Below, one piece after another: positions 28,573 to 38,516 of a DNA stretch of 64,000 bases. The translations under genes were made by a program, and so were the position numbers. A model generated the notes under the pieces. It worked only from the letters and a program-made list of their open reading frames with translations. It made no database searches and was not told the DNA's origin. The stretch comes from Polyangiales bacterium (GTDB lineage: Bacteria > Myxococcota_A > Polyangia > Polyangiales > Ga0077539): positions 1,017,125 to 1,081,124 of the forward strand of contig JBGARZ010000002.1 of assembly GCA_044229975.1 (NCBI GenBank), read 5' to 3'. Each line of letters starts with the position of its first letter. The stretch's first letter is position 1.

Positions 28573-29892
28573 ATGCACCCCCGCCACCTCGCCTCCGTGT
28601 TTGGCGCAGCGCTGCTGAGCCCCGTCGTCGCCTTCGCGCAGCCCGCCCCCGGGACTCCCGCGACCGAGGGCTCGCTGCTCCCCATCCGCACGGCGCCGTC
28701 GATGTTCGACGGCAACCGGGTGCTCGACCCGGTAGGGCTCGTGGTGTCGGGGTACGTGCAGGCCCAGCTCGAAAACTCGCAGCTCTCCGAAGACCAGCTT
28801 CAGCAGGGAGGCGTTCCGCTCAACCGCGATCGCTTCGTGCTGCGGCGCGGGCGACTGCGCCTCGACGGGAGCTGGCGCTGGGCGACCTTCGCCCTGGAGA
28901 TCGACGGCAGCACCACGCGGGGGCTCTTCTTCGGTCTGCGGCGCGCCGAGGCGTCGCTGCTCTGGCGCAACCCGCAGCGAGGGGCGCCGCCGTGGGTGAT
29001 GCTCACCGCCGGGCTCACGGAGATTCCCTTCGGATACGAGCTGTCGGCGGGCGTTCGCAGCCGCGTCTTCATGGAGCGCTCGCTCGCCTCGCTGGCGTTC
29101 TTCCGCGGCGAGCCCGACGTCGGCGCGCGCCTCTCCGGCGGCATCGGGTGGTTTCGCTACGCCGTCGCCGTGATGAACGGCACGCCCCTCGACGACCGCG
29201 CGGGCACCACCTACGCCGAGACCACCTCCGCGATGGACGTCATCGGTCGCGTGGGCGTCGACCTCGCTCCCTCCGAACGCTTCCGCGTGGCGGGCGGCGT
29301 GTCCTTCCTCACCGGCACCGGCTTCCACGCGGGCGCCGACGCGACGCCCAACTCGGTGGTGTGGCGCGACCTCAATGAAAACAGCGTCATCGACGGCGCC
29401 GAGCTCACCGCGCAGCCCGGCAGCGCCGCCACGCCGTCGCTCACGTTTCAGCACTGGGCCGTCAACGCCGACCTCCAGCTCGCGCTGCGCACCCGCCTCG
29501 GGTGGACGCGCCTCTATGGCGAGTTCAGCCTCGCCACCAACCTCGATCGCTCGGTGTTTCCGTCCGACCCCATCACGGCGGGCGCTGATGTCCGGCAGCT
29601 CGGTGCCTACGTCGCGGTCGTGCAGGAGGTCACGCGCTACGGGCTCGTCGGGTTCCGCTGGGACTACTACGACGCGAACTCGGACTTCCTCGACAATCGG
29701 CGCGGGCGCTTCGTGCCGGCCAACCTCTCGGTGCAGACCTTCTCGCCGGTCGTGGGCGTGGTGCTGCCCGACCGCGGCAAGCTGCTCTTCCAGTACGACG
29801 CCATCGTCGACTCGCTCGCCCGCGATGGCCGCGGTGTGCCCACCGACCTGCGCAACAACCAGTGGACGCTGCGCCTCCAGATGGGGTTCTGA
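28573..29892 (+). CDS. Outer-membrane porin, OprO/OprP-like
   Basis: Signal peptide AFA; SGYVQAQ, FVLRRGRLRL, PFGYE...FMERS, DVGA, NG; C-terminal LRLQMGF. Confidence 0.75.
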   Translation: MHPRHLASVFGAALLSPVVAFAQPAPGTPATEGSLLPIRTAPSMFDGNRVLDPVGLVVSGYVQAQLENSQLSEDQLQQGGVPLNRDRFVLRRGRLRLDGSWRWATFALEIDGSTTRGLFFGLRRAEASLLWRNPQRGAPPWVMLTAGLTEIPFGYELSAGVRSRVFMERSLASLAFFRGEPDVGARLSGGIGWFRYAVAVMNGTPLDDRAGTTYAETTSAMDVIGRVGVDLAPSERFRVAGGVSFLTGTGFHAGADATPNSVVWRDLNENSVIDGAELTAQPGSAATPSLTFQHWAVNADLQLALRTRLGWTRLYGEFSLATNLDRSVFPSDPITAGADVRQLGAYVAVVQEVTRYGLVGFRWDYYDANSDFLDNRRGRFVPANLSVQTFSPVVGVVLPDRGKLLFQYDAIVDSLARDGRGVPTDLRNNQWTLRLQMGF

Positions 29893-29894
29893 CC

Positions 29895-30830
29895 ATGCGC
29901 CGCGCAGCCCTCTCCCTCGCGCTCGTGCTCGCTTCGTGCGGAGGCGAACGAAACCCCTCCGGCCTCGAAGAGCCCTTCCGCGTTCGCAACGCCCAGTTTC
30001 GCGAGGGTGACCTCCCGGGCACGGCTCCCGGTGATGCCGGTGTATCGACCACCACGCCAGCGATCACCGCGCTGGAGAGCGCCAACGCGCTGCTGCGATT
30101 GCGCCAGCCGGGCAAGGTGTTCTCGGGGCGAACCAACCCGCGAGGCGCCACCGTGGGCGTGCGCTTTCCGACGCTGGGCACCGGGTGGTGGCAGATCAAC
30201 GTCGGCGGGCCCGACCCGACCTTCGACAACGACTACACCTGGACCCTCCAGGCCGACTTCTCCGACGCCCTCCCGACGGGGCTCCAGACGCTGCGCTTCG
30301 TGGCCCTCGACGAAGCAGGCCGCGCGGGCGAGCAGCGCGACTACCGCGTCTGCGTGCTGCCCGACGTCCCCGACAACCTCAACGCCTGCGACCCCACCAT
30401 CGTCCCGCCCGACACGGTCATCTCCCTCGCGTGGGAAGAGGACGTCGACCTCGACCTCGTCGTGGTCACCCCCGAGGGCCGCGTCGTCGACGCCCGCCAC
30501 CCGAGCGCCGAGACGCCCGCCACGCGCACCAGCGGCGCGCTCGATCGCAACTCCAACGCCAACTGCGCCGTCGACTCCATCCGCCGCGAAAACCTTGTCT
30601 TCCAGGGCGCACCCTCCCCCGGCCTCTACCGCATCTACGCCAACCTCTTCAGCGCCTGCGGGCGGCCCGCGACGCGTTATCGGGCGACGGTCCATCTGCG
30701 CGAGATCCTCGAAGGCGGTCGCACCAGCGGCGTGCGCGAGACCTTCCGCCGCGAGGGCCTGCTCACCGCCATCGCGGCCAACGGCGGCGCCGCGCTCGGG
30801 ACCTTCGTCGGCGAGGTCTCGCTGCCGTGA
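29895..30830 (+). CDS. Hypothetical lipoprotein
   Basis: Lipobox VLASC; ISLAWEEDVDLDLVVVTPEG...REN...GLYRIYAN (YfaP/DUF2135-like module). Confidence 0.75.
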   Translation: MRRAALSLALVLASCGGERNPSGLEEPFRVRNAQFREGDLPGTAPGDAGVSTTTPAITALESANALLRLRQPGKVFSGRTNPRGATVGVRFPTLGTGWWQINVGGPDPTFDNDYTWTLQADFSDALPTGLQTLRFVALDEAGRAGEQRDYRVCVLPDVPDNLNACDPTIVPPDTVISLAWEEDVDLDLVVVTPEGRVVDARHPSAETPATRTSGALDRNSNANCAVDSIRRENLVFQGAPSPGLYRIYANLFSACGRPATRYRATVHLREILEGGRTSGVRETFRREGLLTAIAANGGAALGTFVGEVSLP

Positions 30831-30835
30831 GGCCG

Positions 30836-33271
30836 ATGGTACGGTGGCCCACCATCGCGGCGATCGCCCTCGCCGCGCCCGCGGCCTTCGCGCAGCCACG
30901 CGTGGTGGCGCCGCGCATCCAGCACTTCGTGCAGGCGGAGTTTCCCGAGGCCGAGCGCCGCCCCGAGGGGGTGAACACCTCGGTGGTGTTGCAGCTCACC
31001 GTCGCCGCCGACGGAACGGTCACCGACGCCGTCGTCACCCAGTCGGGCGGCGCGGCCTTCGACCCCCTCGCCGTCGCCGCCGCGCGTCAGTTCACGTTCA
31101 CGCCCGCGACCGTCAACGGGCAGCCCACCACCGTCCGCATCGTCTACCGCTACCGCTTCCGCTGGGACCCGCCGCCACCCATTGCGCTGCCGCCGCCTCC
31201 CGTTCCGGCGGCCTCATCGGCCTCGCAGGTGCCGCCGCCGGCGCCCGAGCCACCGCGCGTGGGGACGTCGCCCGCGCCGCCCGACGCCGTCGGCGAGGTC
31301 GTGGTTCGCGCCTCACGTTTGCGCCGAGCGGTGGTGTCGACGGAGATCACCGCCGACGTCGCGCGCCGCCTCCCCGGAACGCAGGGCGACGTGCTGCGCG
31401 TCGTCGAGAACATGCCCGGCGTCGCGCGCGCCTCGGTGGGCTCGGGGCAGCTCGTGGTGTGGGGCGCGGCGCCCGAAGACACCCGGGTCTACGTGGATGG
31501 CGTGCCCGTTCCGCGGCTGTACCACGACGGCGGTCTGCGCTCGGTGCTGCCCTCGGACATGGTGCAGTCGGTGGAGCTCGTCCCCGGCGCGGCGGGCGCG
31601 GCGTGGGGGCGCGGCCTCGGCGGTCTCGTCGCAGCGACCACCCGCACCTTCGACGATCCCGGCGTTCACGGCGCGGTGGCGGCCGACCTCTATGACGCCT
31701 CGGCCAACCTGCGGGCCAACGTCGCGCGCAACCTCAACGCCGCCATCGCGGCGCGGCGCAGTCACCTGGCCGAGCTGCTCGACGCGACAGGTGAGCAGGT
31801 CTCGGCGCTCTTCCCGACGCCCCACTACTACGACGGTCAGGCGAGACTCACCTGGTCGCCCACGGGGCGCGATCGCCTGGAGCTCACCGGACTGCTCTCG
31901 TCCGACCGCACCGAGCGCCGCAACCCCTCGCTCGACCCTGCCGCCGAGAGCGAGGACAGCCGCGCGACGGCCTTCGAGCGGGTGTACCTCCGCTACCGCC
32001 ACCAGACCGACGAGGGCGCGACGGTGCTGGTGACGCCGTGGTTCGGGCGCGACGCGCGCAGCCAGCTCCAGCGCGTCGGTGCGGTGCAGACCTCGCTCGA
32101 CTCGACGGCGTGGGTGGGTGGCCTGCGCGCGAGCTGGCGACGCACGGTTCGCGGCTGGCTGACGGTGGAGGCCGGCCTCGACGCCGAGGTCTCCGCCACG
32201 ACACTGCAACGTAGCGGCAGCATTGCGCTGCCCGCCCGTGAGGGAGACCGCCGCGTCTTCGGTCAGCCGCCGCCTGACCAGATCGCGGCCGACGCCTGGA
32301 GCGTCACGCAGGTCGGCATCGCCCCCTACGTCGAGGCGGACCTCTCGCTCTTCCGCGGCGCGCTGCACATCCTGCCGGGACTTCGTGTGGACCCATACGT
32401 TCGCTCGGTGAGCCGACGATCGCCGCAGGAGGGCGACACGCCCGCGCAGGGGTTGTTCACGCAGGACTTCGCCGTCGAGCCGCGCCTCGCGCTGCGCTTC
32501 ACGCCGCACACCCGGGTCACCTTCAAGGCGGCGCTCGGTCGGTTTCACCAGGCGCCGCAGGCCGACGACCTCTCCGCAGCCTTCGGAACACCGACGCTCA
32601 CCAACTCCTCAGCCACCCACGCGCTGGTGGGCGCCGCGGTGCAGATCACCCGCACGCTCTCCGCAGAAGTCACCGGTTTCGGTGCGCTCACCGACTCCCT
32701 GGCCGTGCGCTCGCCGCTGCCCGCTCCGCTGCGGGCGCAGGCGCTGGTGTCGACGGGTGAAGGTCGCTCGTATGGCGTGCAGGTGCTCGTCCGCCAGGAG
32801 CTCGCGCGCGGCTTCGTCGGTTGGTTCAGTTACAGCCTGCTGCGGAGCGAACGGCGGAGTACGCCCGACGCCCGGTGGCGCCTCTCGGACTACGACCAGA
32901 CGCATGTGTTGACGGCTCTCTTCTCGTACGACCTGGGTCGCGGATTCGAGGTGGGCCTGCGCTTCCGTTACGGAACCGGGTCGCCGCGAACCCCCGTGGC
33001 GAGCGCGTGGTTCGACGCCCGTCGCGACCGCTGGGAGCCGGTCTTTGGCGCGCAGAACAGCATCCGCGTGTCGGACTTCATCCAGCTCGACGCGCGCGTC
33101 GCGAAGCGCTTCACCATCGGACGCACCACGCTCGATCTCTCACTGGAAGTGCAGAACGTGACCAACCGGGCCAACGCCGAGGAGATCGTCTACGACCCGA
33201 CCTTCACCCGGCACGGTTCCATCGCGGGGCTCCCTCTCCTGCCGGTGCTGGGGGCGCGATGGGCGCTCTGA
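30836..33271 (+). CDS. TonB-dependent receptor with N-terminal TonB-C-like domain (start may be GTG 30827)
   Basis: FPEAE...VLQLTVAADGTV...AARQFTFTPA (TonB-C); plug region ENMPGV...VYVDGVPV; EPRLA; GRSYG; C-terminal LGARWAL. Confidence 0.88.
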   Translation: MVRWPTIAAIALAAPAAFAQPRVVAPRIQHFVQAEFPEAERRPEGVNTSVVLQLTVAADGTVTDAVVTQSGGAAFDPLAVAAARQFTFTPATVNGQPTTVRIVYRYRFRWDPPPPIALPPPPVPAASSASQVPPPAPEPPRVGTSPAPPDAVGEVVVRASRLRRAVVSTEITADVARRLPGTQGDVLRVVENMPGVARASVGSGQLVVWGAAPEDTRVYVDGVPVPRLYHDGGLRSVLPSDMVQSVELVPGAAGAAWGRGLGGLVAATTRTFDDPGVHGAVAADLYDASANLRANVARNLNAAIAARRSHLAELLDATGEQVSALFPTPHYYDGQARLTWSPTGRDRLELTGLLSSDRTERRNPSLDPAAESEDSRATAFERVYLRYRHQTDEGATVLVTPWFGRDARSQLQRVGAVQTSLDSTAWVGGLRASWRRTVRGWLTVEAGLDAEVSATTLQRSGSIALPAREGDRRVFGQPPPDQIAADAWSVTQVGIAPYVEADLSLFRGALHILPGLRVDPYVRSVSRRSPQEGDTPAQGLFTQDFAVEPRLALRFTPHTRVTFKAALGRFHQAPQADDLSAAFGTPTLTNSSATHALVGAAVQITRTLSAEVTGFGALTDSLAVRSPLPAPLRAQALVSTGEGRSYGVQVLVRQELARGFVGWFSYSLLRSERRSTPDARWRLSDYDQTHVLTALFSYDLGRGFEVGLRFRYGTGSPRTPVASAWFDARRDRWEPVFGAQNSIRVSDFIQLDARVAKRFTIGRTTLDLSLEVQNVTNRANAEEIVYDPTFTRHGSIAGLPLLPVLGARWAL

Positions 33272-34272
33272 CCCGCCTCCTCCCGCTGCTCACTTTGGGG
33301 TGCGCCCCGGAGCTGGTCGACGACACGTCGCAGATCCGTTCGCTCCGGGTGCTCGCAGCGCGCGCCGAGCCGGCGGAGCCAGCACCTGGAGAGACCGTGC
33401 GACTGCGTGCGTTGGTGGTCTCGCCCGACGGTACTGTGACCGAACCATCGTTGCGGTGGTCGTTCTGCACGGCGCGCAGGGCGCTCGCGACGCCCGGTCC
33501 GGTGAGCCCGGCGTGCCTGGAGGAGAGCGACCCCGCACTGACGACACTGGGCACCGGCGCGCAGTCGCAAGGCACCCTCCCGATGGATGCCTGTCGCCTC
33601 TTCGGACCGGAGCCACCCGACGACCGGCAGGGGGCGGGCGGCCGTCCGGTGGACCCGGATGTCACGGGCGGGTTCTACCTCCCGGTGCAGCTTCGGCTGA
33701 CGGGGGCGGCGCCGTCGGTGTTCCAGACCCGCATCGGGTGCCGACCGGGGGGATTGTCGCAGTCCGAGGCGGCCGAGCTCACGCGGCGATCGAGACGCAA
33801 CGAGAACCCCGCGGTGGCGACGCTGCGAGCGATCGTAGGGGGCCGCACCATCGACGTCGAAGAGGACGGCGCGGTGACGGTCGCGCCCGGAGCGGCGGTG
33901 CGCTTCGAGGCGGCGTGGTCGGCGTGCCCGGACACGGCGAGTTGCGGCGACGGGGTGTGCAGCGACGGAGAAGACCGCGCGACCTGCGCAATGGACTGCA
34001 CGACCCCGCGCGGCTGCACCGGGGCCGAGCGGTATGCGCGGTTTGACCTCGCGACGAGGACCGTCGTGGCGGCGCGGGAGGTGCTGCGTGCGAGCTGGTT
34101 TGCGACGAGCGGGGTGTTCGCGGCGCCGCGCACGGGCGGGGCGACCACGGACGGCGCGACCAACGAATGGACGGCGCCCGCAGCAGCAGGTGAGGTGCGG
34201 GCGTGGGTGGTGTTGCGTGACGATCGGGGCGGGGCGGACTGGCGCTCGCTGAGCGTGCGCGTCGGGATGTGA
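33259..34272 (+). CDS. Cys-rich lipoprotein associated with the TonB-dependent receptor
   Basis: Overlaps the receptor 3' end; lipobox LTLGC; LRVLAARAEPAE, NENP, SWFATSG, WVVLRDDRGG; CGDGVC...C..DC insert. Confidence 0.8.
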   Translation: MGALTRLLPLLTLGCAPELVDDTSQIRSLRVLAARAEPAEPAPGETVRLRALVVSPDGTVTEPSLRWSFCTARRALATPGPVSPACLEESDPALTTLGTGAQSQGTLPMDACRLFGPEPPDDRQGAGGRPVDPDVTGGFYLPVQLRLTGAAPSVFQTRIGCRPGGLSQSEAAELTRRSRRNENPAVATLRAIVGGRTIDVEEDGAVTVAPGAAVRFEAAWSACPDTASCGDGVCSDGEDRATCAMDCTTPRGCTGAERYARFDLATRTVVAAREVLRASWFATSGVFAAPRTGGATTDGATNEWTAPAAAGEVRAWVVLRDDRGGADWRSLSVRVGM

Positions 34273-34273
34273 G

Positions 34274-35749
34274 CTACGCGCCGAGGGTGACCTCGGGGTG
34301 GAAGTTGCTGTGGCTCACGCCCGGCAGGCTGACACCCAGGCGTATCGTCGCGACGGGCCCCGCAGAGATGCGCTGCGCGTCGTGGATGACGACGTCCGTG
34401 TGGCCGGTGTCGCCGTCGATGACCCAGGTGAGCAGCCAGCCGTCGCCTTCGGTGGTCGAGCCCGGTCGCGCCGCAAAGGCCGGCGGCGAGCAGAGGCGGT
34501 TGGGCCCGGCGGTCCATCGATCGACGGAGCCGGTGTCGGCGTCGACGCGGACGACGCCGTGGAAGTGCCCGTAGAAGGCGCCCACAGGCTCGTCGCCGAC
34601 CGCGTCGGGGGTCGGACCATAGAGGTAGCGATGGCGCTTGCCGCGGTACCGACGGTCGATGTCGAGCGCCTCGGTCGGAACGTCACCGAGGTCACGCGAC
34701 TCGACCACCTTCACGCTCTCCGGGTCGATCACGTAGCGCACCAGCCGAGGCATCGACGCTGGCGTCGGGCCGGAGAGACCCAGCGCGGCGCGGCGTGTCT
34801 TCGACGCGATGGCGTACATCGGGAGCGGTCGCTCGTAGACGACACAATCGAGGACGAGGCGGTCGCCGTCGTCGAAGGCGTTGAGGCAGTGGAAGAGGAT
34901 CGCGACCGTGCCGGGCGTCGGGACGCGAACCGAGCGCGAGGTGCCATCCCGCGCGACGAGGACCAGGGTCGGGTTTTCGCCTTCAGGAAACTGGAAGCTG
35001 TCGTAGACGGTCTTCGTTCCGAAAAGAGCTGGGAGGAGGGCGAGGCGCGCCGGGAGCTCGGCGACCACGTACCAACGCGACGAGAACGCATGGCCGTGGA
35101 GGAGCACCGGTCCCGCGCCGAGCGTGACGTCCTCGGTGCGACGCACCTCGCGGTAGCTGGGGTCGAGCTCGATGAAGCGCACGCGGTCGATCTTGCCGGG
35201 CTTCTGGTGCTGCACGAAGGCGACGAGGTTGCCGCTCGCCGGGTCGACCCGCGGCATCGGCGACATGATGGTTCCCATCGGGGCGGCGTTGTTCCAGCGC
35301 TCTTCGCCGACGGCGGCGAGGGTGCGCGGGTCGAGGGCGAAGTGTCCCGGATCGTTGCTGACGATCACCTTCGAACCGAAGGCATAGACGTCGTGCGCGA
35401 GGTTGTTCCCGAGTTCGAGCTTGAAGGCATTGGCGAAGGTGCCTGGGAGGTTGGTGAAGGCGCGCCGCCGGGTCATGCGACCGGCCGCGGATTCTTCCTT
35501 CCAGAGCGCCGAGTCGATCACGGAGGCGCGCAGGCGGACGGCGCCATCTTCAAAGGACAAGCCCGCGATGAGCGCGTGCCCGTCGAAGAAGTTGAGCGTG
35601 TCGCGCCCCACCTCGAAGATGCCCGGACCGTTGCGCAGGAGCGTTCCACGGAGCTCAGGCGGAACGGCGCCATCGATGCGGGTGACCGCCAGCGAGTGGG
35701 CCTGCGGTCGACTGGTCATGAAGAGGTCGTAGACGGTGGGCGTGCTCAT
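34274..35749 (-). CDS. Carotenoid oxygenase (RPE65/CCD) family protein
   Basis: GAVPPELRGTLLRNGPG, FFDG, LFHCLNAF, EGDGWLL, GPVA, SHSNF. Confidence 0.88.
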   Translation of the reverse strand: MSTPTVYDLFMTSRPQAHSLAVTRIDGAVPPELRGTLLRNGPGIFEVGRDTLNFFDGHALIAGLSFEDGAVRLRASVIDSALWKEESAAGRMTRRRAFTNLPGTFANAFKLELGNNLAHDVYAFGSKVIVSNDPGHFALDPRTLAAVGEERWNNAAPMGTIMSPMPRVDPASGNLVAFVQHQKPGKIDRVRFIELDPSYREVRRTEDVTLGAGPVLLHGHAFSSRWYVVAELPARLALLPALFGTKTVYDSFQFPEGENPTLVLVARDGTSRSVRVPTPGTVAILFHCLNAFDDGDRLVLDCVVYERPLPMYAIASKTRRAALGLSGPTPASMPRLVRYVIDPESVKVVESRDLGDVPTEALDIDRRYRGKRHRYLYGPTPDAVGDEPVGAFYGHFHGVVRVDADTGSVDRWTAGPNRLCSPPAFAARPGSTTEGDGWLLTWVIDGDTGHTDVVIHDAQRISAGPVATIRLGVSLPGVSHSNFHPEVTLGA

Positions 35750-35830
35750 CACGGCGCGACAGTACGTCGGTTCTTCGCGCTCGGATGAGCCCGATCGGGA
35801 GGGCGCGGGTTCGGTGCTATCGTCGGCGCC

Positions 35831-36655
35831 GTGCCGAACCTGCTCGATGCGGTGATCAGCTTCCCGGGGGCGCTGTACTCGGTGCTCCTGGGGGTGGTGC
35901 TGCTCTATTGGATCTCCATGCTCCTCGGCGCGGTGGACCTCGACGTCCTGGGCGGCGCGGAGCACGGCGGCGCCGACGGCGCGGCGGACGCGGCGATGCA
36001 CGGCGACGGCGTCGCGGAGGGCCATGGCCACGACATCGACGGCGGTGACGTCGACGGCGGTGACGTCGATGGCGACGTCGACAGCGACGGTGGCGTGCTG
36101 AGCGCCCTCGGCGCGGTGGGTCTGCGGAAGCTCCCGGCGACGGTGAGCATCAGCCTGCTGGTGATCTGGGGATGGCTCTTCAGCGTGCTCGGCGTGATGC
36201 TGCTGTCCGCTCCCGCCGCGCAGGTCATGCCGGGGTGGGCGTTTCGGGGATTGCTCTTCGTGGTGGCCTTCGTGGCGTCGCTGAAGCTCGCGGCCGTCAC
36301 GGCGCGGCCCATCGCGCCGGTGTTCACGCCGAAGGGCGCGTCGCGGCGCGAGAGCCTCGTGGGCAAGACGGCGGAGGTCTCCACGGGGCGGCTCGACGCG
36401 AGCTTCGGCCAGGTGCTGGTCTCGGACGGCGGGGCGGGGCTCCTGCTCGACGCGCGACACGAGGGCGGCGACGCGCTGAAGCGCGGCGACCGCGTGGTGG
36501 TGACCGCGTGGGACGCCGACAAGAACGTGGTGCACGTCGAACCGCTCGACCGCTTTACAGCGCTCAGGGTGGAGAGCGCGGCGAAGGCGGATTCGACGGC
36601 GGAAGAGGGCGTTACGAAGACCGGCGACGCTCCTGGCAGGCGGGTGCTACGGTAG
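35831..36655 (+). CDS. YqiJ/DUF1449-like inner-membrane protein with C-terminal OB-fold (NfeD-like)
   Basis: TM segments flanking an Asp/Gly/His-rich loop; GLRKLPATV; SLVGKTAEVSTGRLDASFGQ; precedes a flotillin gene. Confidence 0.75.
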   Translation: MPNLLDAVISFPGALYSVLLGVVLLYWISMLLGAVDLDVLGGAEHGGADGAADAAMHGDGVAEGHGHDIDGGDVDGGDVDGDVDSDGGVLSALGAVGLRKLPATVSISLLVIWGWLFSVLGVMLLSAPAAQVMPGWAFRGLLFVVAFVASLKLAAVTARPIAPVFTPKGASRRESLVGKTAEVSTGRLDASFGQVLVSDGGAGLLLDARHEGGDALKRGDRVVVTAWDADKNVVHVEPLDRFTALRVESAAKADSTAEEGVTKTGDAPGRRVLR

Positions 36656-36713
36656 CGCGCGACGGCGGGTTGCGGGTCGGTGTCTACCGGCGTCGCAGAC
36701 AGAGGAGTGTTGA

Positions 36714-38510
36714 ATGGAGCAGTTGATTCCCATCCTGGTTGCGGTGGTCGCCCTCGTGCTGTTTGCGCTGGGGCTCTTCGCGTTGCTGGCTCGCTTCTAT
36801 CGACAGGTCGATCAGGGCAAGGCCCTCATCGTCAACACGCTGAAGAGCGAGCCGCTGGTGACCTTCACGGGGGCGGTGGTCTATCCCATCATCCATCGCG
36901 CGGAGATCATGGACATCTCGGTGAAGACCATCGAGATCGACCGGCGCGGCAAGGAGGGGTTGATCTGCAAGGACAACATCCGCGGTGACATCAAGGTCAC
37001 GTTCTTCGTGCGGGTGAACAAGACCCATGAAGACGTGTTGAAGGTGGCGCAGTCCATCGGCTGTGCGCGCGCGAGCGACCAGGCGACGGTGGAGGGGCTC
37101 TTCGAGGCGAAGTTCGCCGAGGCGCTCAAGACCGTCGGCAAGCGGCTCAACTTCGAGGACCTCTACAAGGAGCGCGATCACTTCAAGGACGCGATCATCG
37201 AGGTGATCGGCAAGGACCTGAACGGGTTCGTGATGGACGACTGCGCCATCGACTTCCTGGAGCAGACGCCCATCGAGTCGCTCGACCCCAACAACATCAT
37301 GGACTCTGAGGGCATCCGGAAGATCACGGATCTCACGGTCATCCAGAACCTCAAGACCAACGAGCTCCGCCAGAAGGAGCGCATGGAGACCGGGTCGCAG
37401 AACCTCGCCGGCGACGAGGCCCTCTTCCGCTTCGAGCAGAAGCGCGCCGAGGCCGAGGCCAAGAAGAACAAGGAGGTCGCCATCTCGCAGGCGCGCGAGC
37501 AGAACGAGGCGGCGCGCATCGCCAACCAGGAGGCCAAGCTCACGCAGCTCGCCCACGAGAAGAACGCCGAGGAGACCCTCGTGGCGCAGCAGGCCCGCGA
37601 GCGCGCCGTGCTCGTGGCGATGAAGAACAAGGAGCGTGAGATCGGCGTGGAGATCGAGCGCGTCGAGCGCGCGCGGCAGATGGAGGCGACCACCCGGGAG
37701 AACGACGTGATCGCCCAGCAGATCACGCGGCAGGGCGAGATCGAGCGGCAGAAGCGCGAGATCGCCGACGTGGTGCGAGCGCGCATCGCGGTGGACAAGA
37801 CGGTCGCCGAGGAGGAGGAGCGCATCAAGGACGTGCGCGCCATCGCCGAGGCCAACCGGCAGCGCGAGACGATGAAGATCGCCGCGGAGGCCGAGGCGTC
37901 GCAGCTCACGACGCGGCAGGTGAAGGCGGCGGAGGCAGCCGAGGAGGTCGCCAAGGCGCAGGCGCGGCAGCGTCTGGTGCTGGCCGACGCCGACCTGGAG
38001 TCATCGGACAAGCAGTCGCGGGCGAAGGTTCGTCTGGCGGAGGGCATTCAAGCCGAGGCGTCGGCCGCGGGTCTCGCCGCGGCGCGGGTACGCGAGGCCG
38101 ACGCGAAGGCGATGGAGCTGACGGGCGCGGCGGAGGCGAGCGCGATTCGCGCGAAGATGGGCGCCGAGGCGGCGGGCATCGGCGAGAAGGCCGAGGCGAT
38201 GAAGGCGCTCGACAGCGTGAGCCGCGAGCACGAGGAGTTCCGGCTCAAGCTCGATCAGGAGAAGGTGATCCAGCTCGAAGCGATCCGCGCGCGCAAGGAC
38301 GTCGCCGGGGTGCAGGCCGAGGTGCTCAAGGCCGCGTTCGAGCACGCGAAGATCAACATCGTGGGTGGTGATGGAGCGTTCTTCGAGCGCTTCATCCGCG
38401 CGGTGACGGTGGGCCAGTCCATCGACGGCGCGGTCGATCAGAGCGAGGTGCTGCGCGGGCTGATGACCCAGATGGGCACCGTGGCGGCCGAGGACGACTC
38501 GAAGGACTGA
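36714..38510 (+). CDS. Flotillin/SPFH-domain protein (YqiK-like)
   Basis: AGAGGAG RBS; N-terminal TM; GLICKDNIRGDIKVTFFVRVN; EALKTVGK; long Ala/Glu coiled coil. Confidence 0.9.
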   Translation: MEQLIPILVAVVALVLFALGLFALLARFYRQVDQGKALIVNTLKSEPLVTFTGAVVYPIIHRAEIMDISVKTIEIDRRGKEGLICKDNIRGDIKVTFFVRVNKTHEDVLKVAQSIGCARASDQATVEGLFEAKFAEALKTVGKRLNFEDLYKERDHFKDAIIEVIGKDLNGFVMDDCAIDFLEQTPIESLDPNNIMDSEGIRKITDLTVIQNLKTNELRQKERMETGSQNLAGDEALFRFEQKRAEAEAKKNKEVAISQAREQNEAARIANQEAKLTQLAHEKNAEETLVAQQARERAVLVAMKNKEREIGVEIERVERARQMEATTRENDVIAQQITRQGEIERQKREIADVVRARIAVDKTVAEEEERIKDVRAIAEANRQRETMKIAAEAEASQLTTRQVKAAEAAEEVAKAQARQRLVLADADLESSDKQSRAKVRLAEGIQAEASAAGLAAARVREADAKAMELTGAAEASAIRAKMGAEAAGIGEKAEAMKALDSVSREHEEFRLKLDQEKVIQLEAIRARKDVAGVQAEVLKAAFEHAKINIVGGDGAFFERFIRAVTVGQSIDGAVDQSEVLRGLMTQMGTVAAEDDSKD

Positions 38511-38516
38511 TCGAAC

